From the NCBI GenBank assembly GCA_964565945.1, contig CAZMGY010000021.1:90001-122000 (forward strand): 32,000 nt of DNA, read 5' to 3'. The notes beneath the pieces are model-generated. The model was given only the letters and a program-made list of their open reading frames with translations, made no database searches and was not told the origin of the DNA. The translations under genes were made by a program, and so were the position numbers. Below are positions 8,391 through 18,497 of the stretch, one piece after another (the stretch's first letter is position 1; the number at the start of each line of letters is the position of its first letter). Source of the DNA: an uncultured bacterium. GTDB taxonomy: Bacteria; GCA-001730085.

Positions 8391-9116
8391 ATGATCTATT
8401 TTCTTATACCAATATACAATGATGCCAACAATATACTTAATATCATTAAGGAGTACAAACAGTTCTTTAAAAAAAAAGACAGTAGTTATCTATTGCTATT
8501 TATCAATGACTGTAGCAGCGATAATATCAAAGATATTTTTTCCACCATTAATTCACCAAAGGTGAAATGTATCCACTTTGATCACAATCGTGGCCCAGGA
8601 GCTGTTATCAAAGACGCTATTCACTTAATTGCCCCCAAACTCAAAGACGACGATATTGTGATTGTTCGCGAAGCCGACCAAGCCAATAATGGCTCACAAA
8701 CACTGCACATGATGCTCAACAAAATGCACGAAGGCTATGATGTTGTCACTGCGTCTATCTTTGCACCTGGAGGACGTATGGTCGGAGTTCCTTTCCACCG
8801 TTTCTTAATGACACAAGTTTGCAACGCCCTCTATCGCATCTTTTTTTACGTGCGTGGCGTTAAACTTTTCACGATTTTTTTTCGAGCTTACCGCGGTCAA
8901 GTCCTCAGACAACTAGTCAAGCAAGAACCCGAAACATTTATTAGCTCCAACGGTTTTGGGTTTTCCTCGGAGTTGCTCGTTAAATGCATCCAAAATCATT
9001 ATCTGATTTGTGAAGTCCCTATCGTCCTTCGTTTGGATTTAAACCAGAAAAAAAGTACTCTCAAAATCAAAAGAACCCTTCAAGAGCATATTCGCATCAT
9101 ACGGAACAACTTATGA
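8391..9116 (+). CDS. GT2 glycosyltransferase, polyprenyl-phosphate sugar synthase (DPM1/ArnC-like) type.
   Basis: 241 aa containing IYFLIPIYNDANNI...LLLFINDCSSDN...NRGPGAVIKDA...READQ, a GT2 Rossmann core. No obvious TM segments. Its stop overlaps the next gene's start as ATGA. Confidence 0.7.
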   Translation: MIYFLIPIYNDANNILNIIKEYKQFFKKKDSSYLLLFINDCSSDNIKDIFSTINSPKVKCIHFDHNRGPGAVIKDAIHLIAPKLKDDDIVIVREADQANNGSQTLHMMLNKMHEGYDVVTASIFAPGGRMVGVPFHRFLMTQVCNALYRIFFYVRGVKLFTIFFRAYRGQVLRQLVKQEPETFISSNGFGFSSELLVKCIQNHYLICEVPIVLRLDLNQKKSTLKIKRTLQEHIRIIRNNL

Positions 9117-10375
9117 TTCGCTTCATATCCCTCGCCCTTATTATTCGAATAGTTCTGATCCCCATCACATTTCATGGCGATCTAATCTGGGTGCAAACAT
9201 GGCCAAGCCTCTGGGCTTTCTTTGGACACTTTGATGGGTACGGCTACATGGTTGAAAACTATGCCGAACTTTTGCAAACTTATGGCGTTTTTTATTATGG
9301 ACCTTTCACCTACCTTACCATAGGTCTCTGGCAACATATCGCCCAACTGTTTGCTCCCGACATGGGCATGTGGCTCATCGATGTGCTCAATCAAACCCAG
9401 GACACACTCACATCTCAAACCCTTCTTACCACACCAACAGCCTCAATCAAATCTTTTCTGACATGGTTTAAAATCCCCTATCTTCTGGCCGATCTCACGT
9501 GCGGAGCACTCCTTTGGATCTTAGCCCCTTCGCAACGCAAAACCTCTCTCCTGCTGTGGGGACTAAATCCCGCTCTCATTTATGCCACCTACATGTTTGG
9601 TCAGCTTGATATTTTTATCGCTCTTAGTCTTCTCGGTTTTTTCTATTCTTATAAAAGAAATCGCCTCCACTTGGCCTTTATTTGCTTAGGTATCGGCTTT
9701 GCTTATAAGAATGCCACCTTGTTTGTTATCGCTCCAGCTCTTATTTTGTGTAACACCAATTTGCGAAGTTTTATTCGCTATTCGCTATGTTTTGCCATAC
9801 CGATTGTGCTAAGCACGGGTCTGTTTTGGATTCATTCACCATCTATTTTAGGCTGGCTACTGCCAGGTGTTATTCAGGACAAGCTCGTAGGTCACAACGA
9901 AGTGGAATGGGGCAAAATTATCAAGCTAGGCCTTCTGGCTTTTAACTACGGCCTTTTACTTATCCATTGTTTCCGTATTAAACTTCGCGCACCCCACGTA
10001 GATATCTATCAACAACTGATTTATACGTTCACAGCATCGTTTCTACTCGTCTATTGTTTTTTATCCGTCACGGTTCACTATTTTGTTTGGAGCTTACCTT
10101 GCCTTATCCTTTTAGCTCTCAACGAACCCAAATACACCAAATACATTTGGATTTTGACTGGATGCATGATGCTTTACAAAATCAAAAAAGCATCTATGTG
10201 CTTAGGCTTGTTTGCTCCCCTCAATCCCGAATTTTTTTATGCACTTCCAGGACTTCAAGACATCCCTGGCCCCATTACGTGGAAAAACCTCGTCAAAATC
10301 TTTCGCGTCGGTTTTATTGTGACCAGTTTTTTTATTATGTATGAGTGCTTCAAGCCCGCACAAGCTAAGAAATAG
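9113..10375 (+). CDS. Polytopic integral membrane protein, candidate GT-C-fold glycosyltransferase (DUF2029/ArnT-like).
   Basis: 420 aa with roughly 10 or more hydrophobic segments. An acidic/aromatic first loop (FHGDLIWVQTWPS...FDGYGY) follows TM1. It is translationally coupled to the upstream GT2. Family assignment is by architecture only. Confidence 0.5.
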   Translation: MIRFISLALIIRIVLIPITFHGDLIWVQTWPSLWAFFGHFDGYGYMVENYAELLQTYGVFYYGPFTYLTIGLWQHIAQLFAPDMGMWLIDVLNQTQDTLTSQTLLTTPTASIKSFLTWFKIPYLLADLTCGALLWILAPSQRKTSLLLWGLNPALIYATYMFGQLDIFIALSLLGFFYSYKRNRLHLAFICLGIGFAYKNATLFVIAPALILCNTNLRSFIRYSLCFAIPIVLSTGLFWIHSPSILGWLLPGVIQDKLVGHNEVEWGKIIKLGLLAFNYGLLLIHCFRIKLRAPHVDIYQQLIYTFTASFLLVYCFLSVTVHYFVWSLPCLILLALNEPKYTKYIWILTGCMMLYKIKKASMCLGLFAPLNPEFFYALPGLQDIPGPITWKNLVKIFRVGFIVTSFFIMYECFKPAQAKK

Positions 10376-10982
10376 CCTCTAATTTTTGCATCAGCTCTTG
10401 CGCCGACATTTTTTTGCTGGCATCTAGCGGTTCCCCTAAAGTAATCATCACCGTAGAAAAAGGCTTAGGGATATAATGCCGATCCCATGATGAATTCAAA
10501 CGCCAGTATGACGTCAATTGGCACGACAGGGGGTAAATAGGACGCTGGAGCGCTTTGGCAAGAAAAAGCGCTCCAGGTTTTACCTGATGCGCGGGCCCGC
10601 TAGGACCATCCACCGCAATTACATAACAGGGATTATGGGCCTCTTGCTTAAGCATGTACAGCAGGGCTTTAGCACCGCCGCGAGTACTGGAACCATGAAT
10701 CGCCCTATAGCCCAAATAGTTACTGATCTTGGCAACCAGTCGCCCCTCGGGGCTTCCGCTCACAAGAGCGCCTATATCATAAAAACAGAAGGGTCCCACC
10801 ATAGAAAGGATCCGGTCATGCCATATAATAAAAACGGCCTTCGACAAAGGTCTGTTGTCCAAAAACGTTTGAGCCTCTTCACTACTCCAACGAATACGTA
10901 GCGTTCGACTCCACAACCACACAAGGAACGCTACATAAGGGGCTAATAGATGAAGGAAACATTTAAGATGAGAGTTTTTCAT
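10365..10982 (-). CDS. DUF374-family protein (lysophospholipid acyltransferase-like).
   Basis: Contains IIWHDRILSMVGP...ALVSGSPEGRLVAKISNYLGYRAIHGSSTRGGAKAL...VIAVDGPSGPAHQVKPGALFLA, which matches the DUF374 signature (WH...S.S.DG...RGSS.RGG...DGPRGP). The track ORF extends to 11096, but that would overlap msbA by 134 nt, so the ATG at 10982 is preferred. Confidence 0.75.
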   Translation of the reverse strand: MKNSHLKCFLHLLAPYVAFLVWLWSRTLRIRWSSEEAQTFLDNRPLSKAVFIIWHDRILSMVGPFCFYDIGALVSGSPEGRLVAKISNYLGYRAIHGSSTRGGAKALLYMLKQEAHNPCYVIAVDGPSGPAHQVKPGALFLAKALQRPIYPLSCQLTSYWRLNSSWDRHYIPKPFSTVMITLGEPLDASKKMSAQELMQKLEAIS

Positions 10983-12855
10983 GACTAACCTGCATTTGAT
11001 ACATTTTTTTGTAGACCCCGTTTCGCTCGATAAGTTCTTGATGCGTTCCCCTTTCGACGACATGATGATTATCGAACACCAAAATATAGTCAGCATGTTG
11101 CACCGTCGCTAAACGATGCGCCACGACAAAAACTGTTCGTCCTTCCATCAGTAGATCAATAGCTTCTTGAACCATCCGTTCGGTCTGTATATCCAACGCC
11201 GATGTCGCTTCGTCCAAGATAAGAATCTGCGGGTTCTGATACAAGGCGCGTGCAATCGCTAATCGTTGTCGTTCTCCTCCTGAAAGTCTTATACCTCGAT
11301 CACCAATAATGGTGTAATACCCTTTATCCATCTTTTCAATGAACGAGGACGCCTTGGCTAACGCAGCCACCGATTGAACCTTTTGCTCATCCACATCATC
11401 AGAACCATAGGCAATGTTTGCCATCACTGTATCGTGAAACATCATAACGTCTTGAGAAACTATTCCCATCAAAGAACGCAAATCTTGCAACCAGTAATCT
11501 TTGATATTATAGCCATCAATCAAAATACGTCCTTCGGCAGGGTCATAGAAACGAGGCAACAAGTTCAACAAAGAGGTTTTACCCGAACCACTCGGTCCAA
11601 CCAAGGCGATCACCTGTCCTTTGTTGACCTTAAAGTCAATATCGTGCACCACATAATCGCCTTCTTGGTAGGCCACAGCGATATTTTCAAACACAATATC
11701 GGACTGAAACACAACGATGGGCTGAGGTTTAGCCACCTCTCGAATACGCGGTTGTTCCTTAAAAATTTCAAAAACACGATCGGCCGAAGCCAAAGCCTGT
11801 TGAATCATGCCGTAGGCTTTCCCAATTCTTTTAAAAGGCTGCAACAAGGATCCCACCACGACAATAAATAAAAAGAATTCTCCTGTCGTTAACCCTCCCG
11901 ACAAAACTTCCCGCCCCCCAACAATCAAAAAGAAGACTATACTGACCCCAACCATCACTTCCATCAAAGGAGAAATCACCGCATGCCGCTTGACAATCTT
12001 CAGAGTCATGCGATAAAAACGCTTCGTTTCGTCGGTAAATTTTTGCACTTCACGCTTCTCACTGCAAAAAGCCTTCACCTCCTTCACTCCTGTTAAACCT
12101 TCTTGCAAAATACTTGTCATGCGACCTAGCTTCTCTTGACTTTGATCGCTCATACGACGAATCCTAGAACCAATGCGTATAATGGGCCAAACAAACAAGG
12201 GAAAAAGAATCAAAGCAAAAATCGCCAACCTCCAATTAAGCCACAAAGCCATCGCAGCATACATAAATACATTGAACGTATGAAACAAGATCATCGCCCA
12301 CCCCTCAGCCACCGCATGATGCACTTGAGCTGTATCGTTAGTCACACGGGTCATCAAGTGCCCCACATGCTGTTTATGAAAATAATCTAAAGATAGGCAA
12401 TGTAAATGCGCATAAACATCATCTCGAATATCTTTTACCACTTGATGACTAATGCTCTCCATGAGGTATTCTTTAAAAAACATGAATGCCCCTTTCAAAA
12501 AAAGCATCGTCATTAAAAGTATCGCTATCCAGAGCAACAACTCTTTGCAAGACTTTTGAGCCACAAAATGATCGACTCTTTGCTTAAAACTTTTTTCCAC
12601 ATGTTCCAAATAAGTCCCTTTTAGAACAGCTTCGTCTTTTTCTAAATCAAAAACAACCCCATCAAAACTTTGATTCACAAACACACGATCCATCAAAGGC
12701 ACCACTAAACTAATAGAACTTCCACTCATAATCGTGGTTCCTAAAATGGCAAAAATGGCCACGATTAATTTCGTCCAATGGTGACCAATATAAGTATAAA
12801 TTGGATGAATAGATCCCTTAAAATTCATACAACACTTCCCTTGCCGCTCGCACAT
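10963..12855 (-). CDS. msbA: Lipid A export ABC transporter, fused permease/ATPase.
   Basis: Six-TM N-terminal half followed by Walker A (GPSGSGKTS), ABC signature (LSGGERQRLAIARAL) and Walker B (ILILDEATSALD). It lies directly downstream of lpxB. An alternative start is the ATG at 12828 (MNFKGS...). Confidence 0.85.
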   Translation of the reverse strand: MCERQGKCCMNFKGSIHPIYTYIGHHWTKLIVAIFAILGTTIMSGSSISLVVPLMDRVFVNQSFDGVVFDLEKDEAVLKGTYLEHVEKSFKQRVDHFVAQKSCKELLLWIAILLMTMLFLKGAFMFFKEYLMESISHQVVKDIRDDVYAHLHCLSLDYFHKQHVGHLMTRVTNDTAQVHHAVAEGWAMILFHTFNVFMYAAMALWLNWRLAIFALILFPLFVWPIIRIGSRIRRMSDQSQEKLGRMTSILQEGLTGVKEVKAFCSEKREVQKFTDETKRFYRMTLKIVKRHAVISPLMEVMVGVSIVFFLIVGGREVLSGGLTTGEFFLFIVVVGSLLQPFKRIGKAYGMIQQALASADRVFEIFKEQPRIREVAKPQPIVVFQSDIVFENIAVAYQEGDYVVHDIDFKVNKGQVIALVGPSGSGKTSLLNLLPRFYDPAEGRILIDGYNIKDYWLQDLRSLMGIVSQDVMMFHDTVMANIAYGSDDVDEQKVQSVAALAKASSFIEKMDKGYYTIIGDRGIRLSGGERQRLAIARALYQNPQILILDEATSALDIQTERMVQEAIDLLMEGRTVFVVAHRLATVQHADYILVFDNHHVVERGTHQELIERNGVYKKMYQMQVSHEKLSS

Positions 12856-13930
12856 TTGCGCCTGGGGGGCCCAGTTGTTTTTTCACATCATTCATATCGG
12901 CAATCATCCGTTCGTATGTATCGCGATCTTGCACAATAGCTAAAACGTTATGAGCCATATCTTCGGCTTTTGCACGCCCCTGGATCATTTCGGGAACAAT
13001 TATCTTTTTGGCAAGGATATTCACAATGCCAATATGTTTAATTTTAAGCAAGAATTTACTCATGGCCCACGTTATCCACGTGGTTGTGTAGACAATCACC
13101 ATAGGAACGCCCAAACAAGCACATTCCAACACCGCCGTTCCCGCAGCCACAATAACCGCCGCACTTTGCTTCATCACATCATAGGCGGACGTTACAACTT
13201 TAACATGAATGCCCTCTTGGTTCATCACATTCTCAATTTCTAGTTGGCATGAGTCATTGACCGCAGGAATTACAAAAGAAAATTCTTTAGGGAAAAACCG
13301 TGTTGACTTAAGCATTTCTGGAAGATTTTTTTGAATTTCTTTCACACGACTCCCTGGCAACAAACCAATCTGCTTAGAATACGCTGGGAAGCTTCGCAAA
13401 GGTACATCTTGAAACTCTTTGCGGTCTAACAAAGGATGTCCAACAAAAACCGCTCTGTCATAGCCCCTCGTCCGATAGAACTCTTCTTCGAAGGGCAAAA
13501 TCACCAAAACTTTATCCATAAACTGCTTAATTTGTATCAAACGACTTTCGCGCCACGCCCAAATTTGAGGAGAAATATAATAGACCATCCTAATCTTCAT
13601 CAATTTTGCAATTTTGGCCACTCGCATATTAAATCCCGGGTAATCGATAAAAATAAGCGTATCGGGATTGTATTCCTTAAGCCACTTCACCGTTTGCCCC
13701 AGCAAGTGACGAAACACAACATAATGGCGCAACACTTCAACAAAACCAACAACGGCCAACGGCATCATATTGTACAGAAGTTCGCACCCAGCTTCCTTCA
13801 TTTTAGCACCACCCAAACCGACAATCCGAATATTTGGATCCTTATCTTTGAGCGAACGAATCAACGCGGCACCATGCATATCCCCAGAAGGTTCACCTGC
13901 AATGATAAAAAGGGTTTTAGAGTCACTCAC
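12818..13930 (-). CDS. lpxB: Lipid-A-disaccharide synthase.
   Basis: Contains FIIAGEPSGDMHGAALIRSLK near the N-terminus with a GT19 layout. I prefer the GTG at 13930, which has GGAAGGA 8 nt upstream and forms a GTGA overlap with the lpxI stop. The track start (ATG at 13978) lacks an SD. Confidence 0.9.
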   Translation of the reverse strand: MSDSKTLFIIAGEPSGDMHGAALIRSLKDKDPNIRIVGLGGAKMKEAGCELLYNMMPLAVVGFVEVLRHYVVFRHLLGQTVKWLKEYNPDTLIFIDYPGFNMRVAKIAKLMKIRMVYYISPQIWAWRESRLIQIKQFMDKVLVILPFEEEFYRTRGYDRAVFVGHPLLDRKEFQDVPLRSFPAYSKQIGLLPGSRVKEIQKNLPEMLKSTRFFPKEFSFVIPAVNDSCQLEIENVMNQEGIHVKVVTSAYDVMKQSAAVIVAAGTAVLECACLGVPMVIVYTTTWITWAMSKFLLKIKHIGIVNILAKKIIVPEMIQGRAKAEDMAHNVLAIVQDRDTYERMIADMNDVKKQLGPPGANVRAAREVLYEF

Positions 13931-14745
13931 AATATTTTTCCTTCCGTATACCCATAAAGAAGAATACCTTTGCCACATGCCGTCTGAATAACCAGGTCTT
14001 TGTCCGCCAAAATGGTTTTCTGAGCCTCAACAGCCAAAACAGCACCCCCCGCTTGCTCCATGGTAATCAATGTATCGCAACCAATCGTCGGAACATCAAA
14101 GCGCATATCCTGATCTGGCTTACTAACTTTAATCACGACAAAACCTCGCCCCACAAGATGTCCCGCCCGTACAATGGCTTGATCCGTTCCCTCCAGGGCC
14201 TCCACCGCTATAACATTTTTTTGCTTAACAACCAAAGCCTGCCCAATATCTAAACCCGCCACTTGCTTGGCCAAAGAAAATCCAAACAGAATATCTTCAC
14301 GTTGCTCATCGGTCAAAGATAAATCAGTCATCCTTCCCCGACAAGCCATATGATCTTTAAGAAAGTGCGTTGAGTCCATAATGGAAAATCCATAAGTCTC
14401 AATTGTTCGAACAACACTTAAAAGAAGTGTATCATCCTGAAAAGAAGACGCATTTTGCAATATATTCTCTACATCTTCGTCGTGAGGAACATTATTATAA
14501 ATATGAGTTTTGTGAATTTTTCCCACTAAAGTTATATGCTTCACCTGATTGAGCTTAAAAAAAAGCATGGCTTTTTTAAGCTCACCAACACTTAACCACG
14601 TGACTTTGTCAGCAAAAGCTTCAATTTCTTCGGAAGCTTCTTCCTTAATAGCAACAACATAAACCTTAACACCTCGCATTTTAGCACTTTGCATAACAAG
14701 ACGCGGCACAATACCATAGCCTGCAATCAAACCAATTTTTTTCAT
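13927..14745 (-). CDS. lpxI: UDP-2,3-diacylglucosamine pyrophosphatase LpxI (DUF1009).
   Basis: Contains MKKIGLIAGYGIVPRLV... and ...AVEALEGTDQAIVRAG..., which are LpxI hallmarks. It sits between lpxA and lpxB as in other lpxI operons, with an ATGA overlap with lpxA. Confidence 0.85.
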   Translation of the reverse strand: MKKIGLIAGYGIVPRLVMQSAKMRGVKVYVVAIKEEASEEIEAFADKVTWLSVGELKKAMLFFKLNQVKHITLVGKIHKTHIYNNVPHDEDVENILQNASSFQDDTLLLSVVRTIETYGFSIMDSTHFLKDHMACRGRMTDLSLTDEQREDILFGFSLAKQVAGLDIGQALVVKQKNVIAVEALEGTDQAIVRAGHLVGRGFVVIKVSKPDQDMRFDVPTIGCDTLITMEQAGGAVLAVEAQKTILADKDLVIQTACGKGILLYGYTEGKIL

Positions 14746-15524
14746 CGAGTGTATCCTCTTTGTGAACGCCCCTCCCCTAAAAAGTCTAGAATAACCTGAA
14801 TTACAGGCCCTGAAGCATATTTTTGATGTATTTTAGATATGGCATCTGCTACGGTTAACGTACTACGAAAAATCCATTTATGCGCCTGCTTGATAGCCAT
14901 AATATCATCTTCACTAAACCCACGTCTTTTCAAACCCACAATATTAACACTGCTCATTTTGGAAGGGTTCCCCCCCACAAGCCCATAAGGAACAACATCC
15001 TGCAGAATAGGGCTCATTCCTCCAATCATGGCATGAGCGCCAATCCGAACAAACTGATGAATTCCTGAAAGCCCACCAATCATGGCATAATCATCAACAG
15101 TCACATAGCCCCCCAGAGTTGCGAGATTAGCCAAAGTCACATTATTTTTAATCTTACAATTATGTGCCACATGAGAAAAGGCCATCAGAAAACAATCCCT
15201 CCCCACCGAAGTAACCTCTCCCTCAGAAGCTCCAGGATTAATCGTTACACTCTCACGAACGGTGGTGCGCTCACCAATAGTTAAATAACTTTCACATGGC
15301 TTATATCTTAAATCTTGCGGTGCCGAACCAATGCTGGCATGCGGATAAATAAGACTCTCTTTGCCAATGGTCGTATAGCCCTCCACCACAACGTGACTCA
15401 TAATCTTAGCCCTTGCATGGATTTTGACATGAGGACCAATGACAGCATAGGAACCAACAGTCACATCACTATCAAGCTGAGCTTGCGGATCAATAATAGC
15501 TGTGGGGTGAATTTGCGACGGCAT
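14742..15524 (-). CDS. lpxA: Acyl-ACP--UDP-N-acetylglucosamine O-acyltransferase.
   Basis: Starts IHPTAIIDPQAQL, followed by hexapeptide repeats and a C-terminal helical domain. TAATG junction with lpxC-fabZ. Confidence 0.92.
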   Translation of the reverse strand: MPSQIHPTAIIDPQAQLDSDVTVGSYAVIGPHVKIHARAKIMSHVVVEGYTTIGKESLIYPHASIGSAPQDLRYKPCESYLTIGERTTVRESVTINPGASEGEVTSVGRDCFLMAFSHVAHNCKIKNNVTLANLATLGGYVTVDDYAMIGGLSGIHQFVRIGAHAMIGGMSPILQDVVPYGLVGGNPSKMSSVNIVGLKRRGFSEDDIMAIKQAHKWIFRSTLTVADAISKIHQKYASGPVIQVILDFLGEGRSQRGYTR

Positions 15525-16855
15525 TATTGAATCTCGTCAACAAATGCAAACTTAAACTGTCCTTCTGCAACTACTTCATCATTCACAAAGGCCTGCCCTT
15601 CGATAGCTTTTATCTTGTTGCGCATCCGAACTATCTCTACTTTAAGAAGTAAGGTATCTCCAGGGCGAACCGGGCGACGAAATTTAACCTGATCCAAACT
15701 CATGAAATAAGCTATTTTCCCATCATTCCCACTTTTCTCTGTCATCAAACAAGCTGCCGTCTGGGCCAAAGCTTCTAAAATAAGAACGCCCGGCATAACA
15801 GGGTGTCCTGGGAAGTGTCCTTGAAAAAAGGACTCATTAATCGACACATTTTTTAAACCCGTCGCTTTCGTGTGGCCATCAGTTTCAATAATGCGATCAA
15901 TCAATAAAAAAGGATATCGATGAGGAATAATTTTTTTAATTTGGTTAATATCTAAAGGCTCCCCAGACTTAATTAAGCTCTCTTCTCCACTCGTACCTTC
16001 TCCTGTCTGAGTTATTTTGTGCTTCTTTAAAGCTTTGACTAATTCTACATTCAAGCTGTGCCCCGACTTATGTGCAATCACATGAGCCTTAACTCTTTGC
16101 CCTAGCAAAGTCAGGTCTCCTATTATATCTAAAATTTTGTGCCGCACAAACTCATCCTCGAAACGAATACTTTCGTTAAGCACTCCCGTCTCGGTCACAA
16201 CCACCGCATTATCTAAACTACCACCTTTAATTAAGTCGGCTTTACGCAAAAAATCAATCTCAAAGTCAAAACAAAAGGTCCGTGCCGAAGAAATCTCTTC
16301 CAAAAAGCTTTCTTCCGAATAATTATACGATTTGGCCTGTTGTGCCAAATAGGAATGGTCATACTCGATGGTGAAAGAAATTCGAAGCCCATCATAAGGC
16401 AAAGCCACCATAAACATATCCTTCGTCTCGATCGTCACAGGCTCCTTCAAGTTCAAATAAGACCTTGGCTTGGTTTGTTCAACAAGTCCCACTTCGAGAA
16501 AGGCTCGACAAAAGTCTACGCTGCTACCATCTAAAGCAGGAATCTCATCACTAGTTAATTCTAAAATAGCATTATCCATCCCAATCCCAGTTAAAGCCGA
16601 CATCAAGTGCTCTATCGTATGAACCACTGCACCATCCTTGGCAACCGTTGTTCCTCGGGATGTATTAACAACATAATCAACTTCCACAGGAATTTCGGGG
16701 CAACCATCCAAGTCCGTGCGAACAAAAACAAAGCCCTTATCTTCAGGAGCAGGCTTTACCACTAAAGACACTTCGTGTCCCGTATGCAAACCTATTCCCT
16801 TAAACAAAACACACGAAGCAAGGGTGTGCTGCATTGGTGTATTAGTGAGAGTCAC
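15524..16855 (-). CDS. lpxC-fabZ: Bifunctional UDP-3-O-acyl-GlcNAc deacetylase / 3-hydroxyacyl-ACP dehydratase (LpxC-FabZ fusion).
   Basis: The N-terminal half is LpxC ([29 protein letters not shown]). The C-terminal half is FabZ ([36 protein letters not shown]). GTG start with GAGGAG 7 nt upstream. Confidence 0.92.
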   Translation of the reverse strand: MTLTNTPMQHTLASCVLFKGIGLHTGHEVSLVVKPAPEDKGFVFVRTDLDGCPEIPVEVDYVVNTSRGTTVAKDGAVVHTIEHLMSALTGIGMDNAILELTSDEIPALDGSSVDFCRAFLEVGLVEQTKPRSYLNLKEPVTIETKDMFMVALPYDGLRISFTIEYDHSYLAQQAKSYNYSEESFLEEISSARTFCFDFEIDFLRKADLIKGGSLDNAVVVTETGVLNESIRFEDEFVRHKILDIIGDLTLLGQRVKAHVIAHKSGHSLNVELVKALKKHKITQTGEGTSGEESLIKSGEPLDINQIKKIIPHRYPFLLIDRIIETDGHTKATGLKNVSINESFFQGHFPGHPVMPGVLILEALAQTAACLMTEKSGNDGKIAYFMSLDQVKFRRPVRPGDTLLLKVEIVRMRNKIKAIEGQAFVNDEVVAEGQFKFAFVDEIQ

Positions 16856-17936
16856 GCAACTTCTCCTCTAGTTGCTCAATTTGTAATTGCAAGGCCTTTA
16901 ACGTTTGGTACATTTCTGGAAGTTTACTTCTTAAGACCATTCTCTTTTTTTCCTCATTATGCTTAATCGCGGGAAACCCGAAATAATGGCCTTTGCTTTT
17001 AAGCGTCTTTGTTACACAGCTCCTAGCCGCCAAGGTAATATGTGAAGCAACCTTCAAATGACCGAGCACAAGCGATCTTGCAGCCATAGTCACATAATTT
17101 CCTATCGACACGCTCCCGGCAATCCCCGACTGCGCCACAATAATACAACCCCAACCAATTTTAACATTGTGAGCAATTTGAACCTGATTATCAATTTTGG
17201 TTCCTACTCCAACCACCGTCGCATCAAAACGGGCCCGATCAATGGTCACATTGGCACCTATTTCAACATCATCTTCAATACGCACAATGCCCAACTGAGG
17301 GATCTTAACAACCTGCTTCTGTATCGTCACGTATCCAAAACCATCACTGCCAAGCACAGACCCACTGTGAATAATAACACGATCACCTAGCCAAGATCCT
17401 TCTCGAATAACAACCGAAGGATAAATATAACAGTCAACTCCCAGTCTTGAACGTGCACCCACAAAAGAACCCGCTTCTATAACAGTCCCCGCACCAACCT
17501 CAACCCCAGCTTCAATAACAACGTAAGGTCCAATGCTCACGTCCTTAGCCACAACGGCAGATGCATCAATTTCAGCCTTATCCGAAATTCCAGTCGGCAA
17601 TGACCGCAAAGGTTCTAAATATTTTTCCGCGATTTTGGCAAACGACCAGGAAGCATTTTGGGTCACAATGCAGGTCTTGCCTTCAAGGAGACTTTCGCTC
17701 TCAACAACAAACACCGACGCTTGACTTTGTTGGGCAAAAAAGCGATACCTCTGATCCGAAAAAAAAGTAATATCTCCTGGTTGTGCATCTTCAATTCTGC
17801 CTAAACGCTGGACAACCAAATTGGCATCACCCACAACCCGACCATTGACCCATGCGGCCAAATCCGCAACTGTCGGACATGGGGATACAAAAGACTTAGA
17901 CTCCATAAGATGACGCCAGCTCTTGCAACACTTCAT
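16842..17936 (-). CDS. lpxD: UDP-3-O-acylglucosamine N-acyltransferase.
   Basis: N-terminal [16 protein letters not shown], then long hexapeptide-repeat left-handed beta-helix sequence and a C-terminal helix. An alternative start is the ATG at 17906 (MESKSF...). Confidence 0.9.
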   Translation of the reverse strand: MKCCKSWRHLMESKSFVSPCPTVADLAAWVNGRVVGDANLVVQRLGRIEDAQPGDITFFSDQRYRFFAQQSQASVFVVESESLLEGKTCIVTQNASWSFAKIAEKYLEPLRSLPTGISDKAEIDASAVVAKDVSIGPYVVIEAGVEVGAGTVIEAGSFVGARSRLGVDCYIYPSVVIREGSWLGDRVIIHSGSVLGSDGFGYVTIQKQVVKIPQLGIVRIEDDVEIGANVTIDRARFDATVVGVGTKIDNQVQIAHNVKIGWGCIIVAQSGIAGSVSIGNYVTMAARSLVLGHLKVASHITLAARSCVTKTLKSKGHYFGFPAIKHNEEKKRMVLRSKLPEMYQTLKALQLQIEQLEEKLRDSH

Positions 17937-18429
17937 CGGTTATATCTAGTCCTTTTTTCGAAAACAAAACAAAGGCTTCACTATTGTTTAAAATTAGGTC
18001 ATAACCTTTATTATCGCCCACAGAGGTGACGACTTTTTTAACATCATTAATCACTTTTTCTCTTAGACGCATATCTAAGGTTTTAAGCTCTTTATTAATA
18101 TTAATGACGTATTCTTGAAGCTTTTTGATTTTGGTATCAATCTCTTCGCTTTTCTTCTCTTTTTCGGAGTCACTCAAAATTACCGATTTGTTTTCGTAAT
18201 CTTCGCGCAACTTAGCCACTTCTTGCTTTTGAGCATCAATTTCGGCTTGATGTTCCGACGTCTCCTTTTTGAGCTGTTCAACCACATCTCTCATTCCTTT
18301 GTACTCTATCCAAATGCGACGAAGATCAATCAAAGCAACTTTATCACCACGACGAGCCCAAGCATCAGCAGCTCCCATCATAACAGTCAAAGACAATGCA
18401 ATACCCAAAACACCTAACATCTTTCTCAT
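17896..18429 (-). CDS. skp: Periplasmic OMP chaperone Skp/OmpH.
   Basis: Signal peptide followed by a Lys/Glu-rich coiled-coil body. It lies between bamA and lpxD. ATG at 18429 with AAAGGAG upstream; the track start at 18432 is a GTG. Confidence 0.85.
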   Translation of the reverse strand: MRKMLGVLGIALSLTVMMGAADAWARRGDKVALIDLRRIWIEYKGMRDVVEQLKKETSEHQAEIDAQKQEVAKLREDYENKSVILSDSEKEKKSEEIDTKIKKLQEYVININKELKTLDMRLREKVINDVKKVVTSVGDNKGYDLILNNSEAFVLFSKKGLDITDEVLQELASSYGV

Positions 18430-18497
18430 CACAAAACTCCTTTATGATCATTTAAATTTACCTTTTACCCATAGTGCTCACTTCAAGATGATGTGGT

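Noticed and set aside
11374-11871. 165-aa plus-strand ORF inside msbA. Similar cases are 13436-13957 inside lpxB, 10518-10901 inside DUF374 and 22129-22533 opposite the BNR gene.
   Set aside because: All are antisense to genes with clear catalytic motifs. Their sequences are His/Asn/Arg-rich and unnatural-looking, and they lack ribosome-binding sites.
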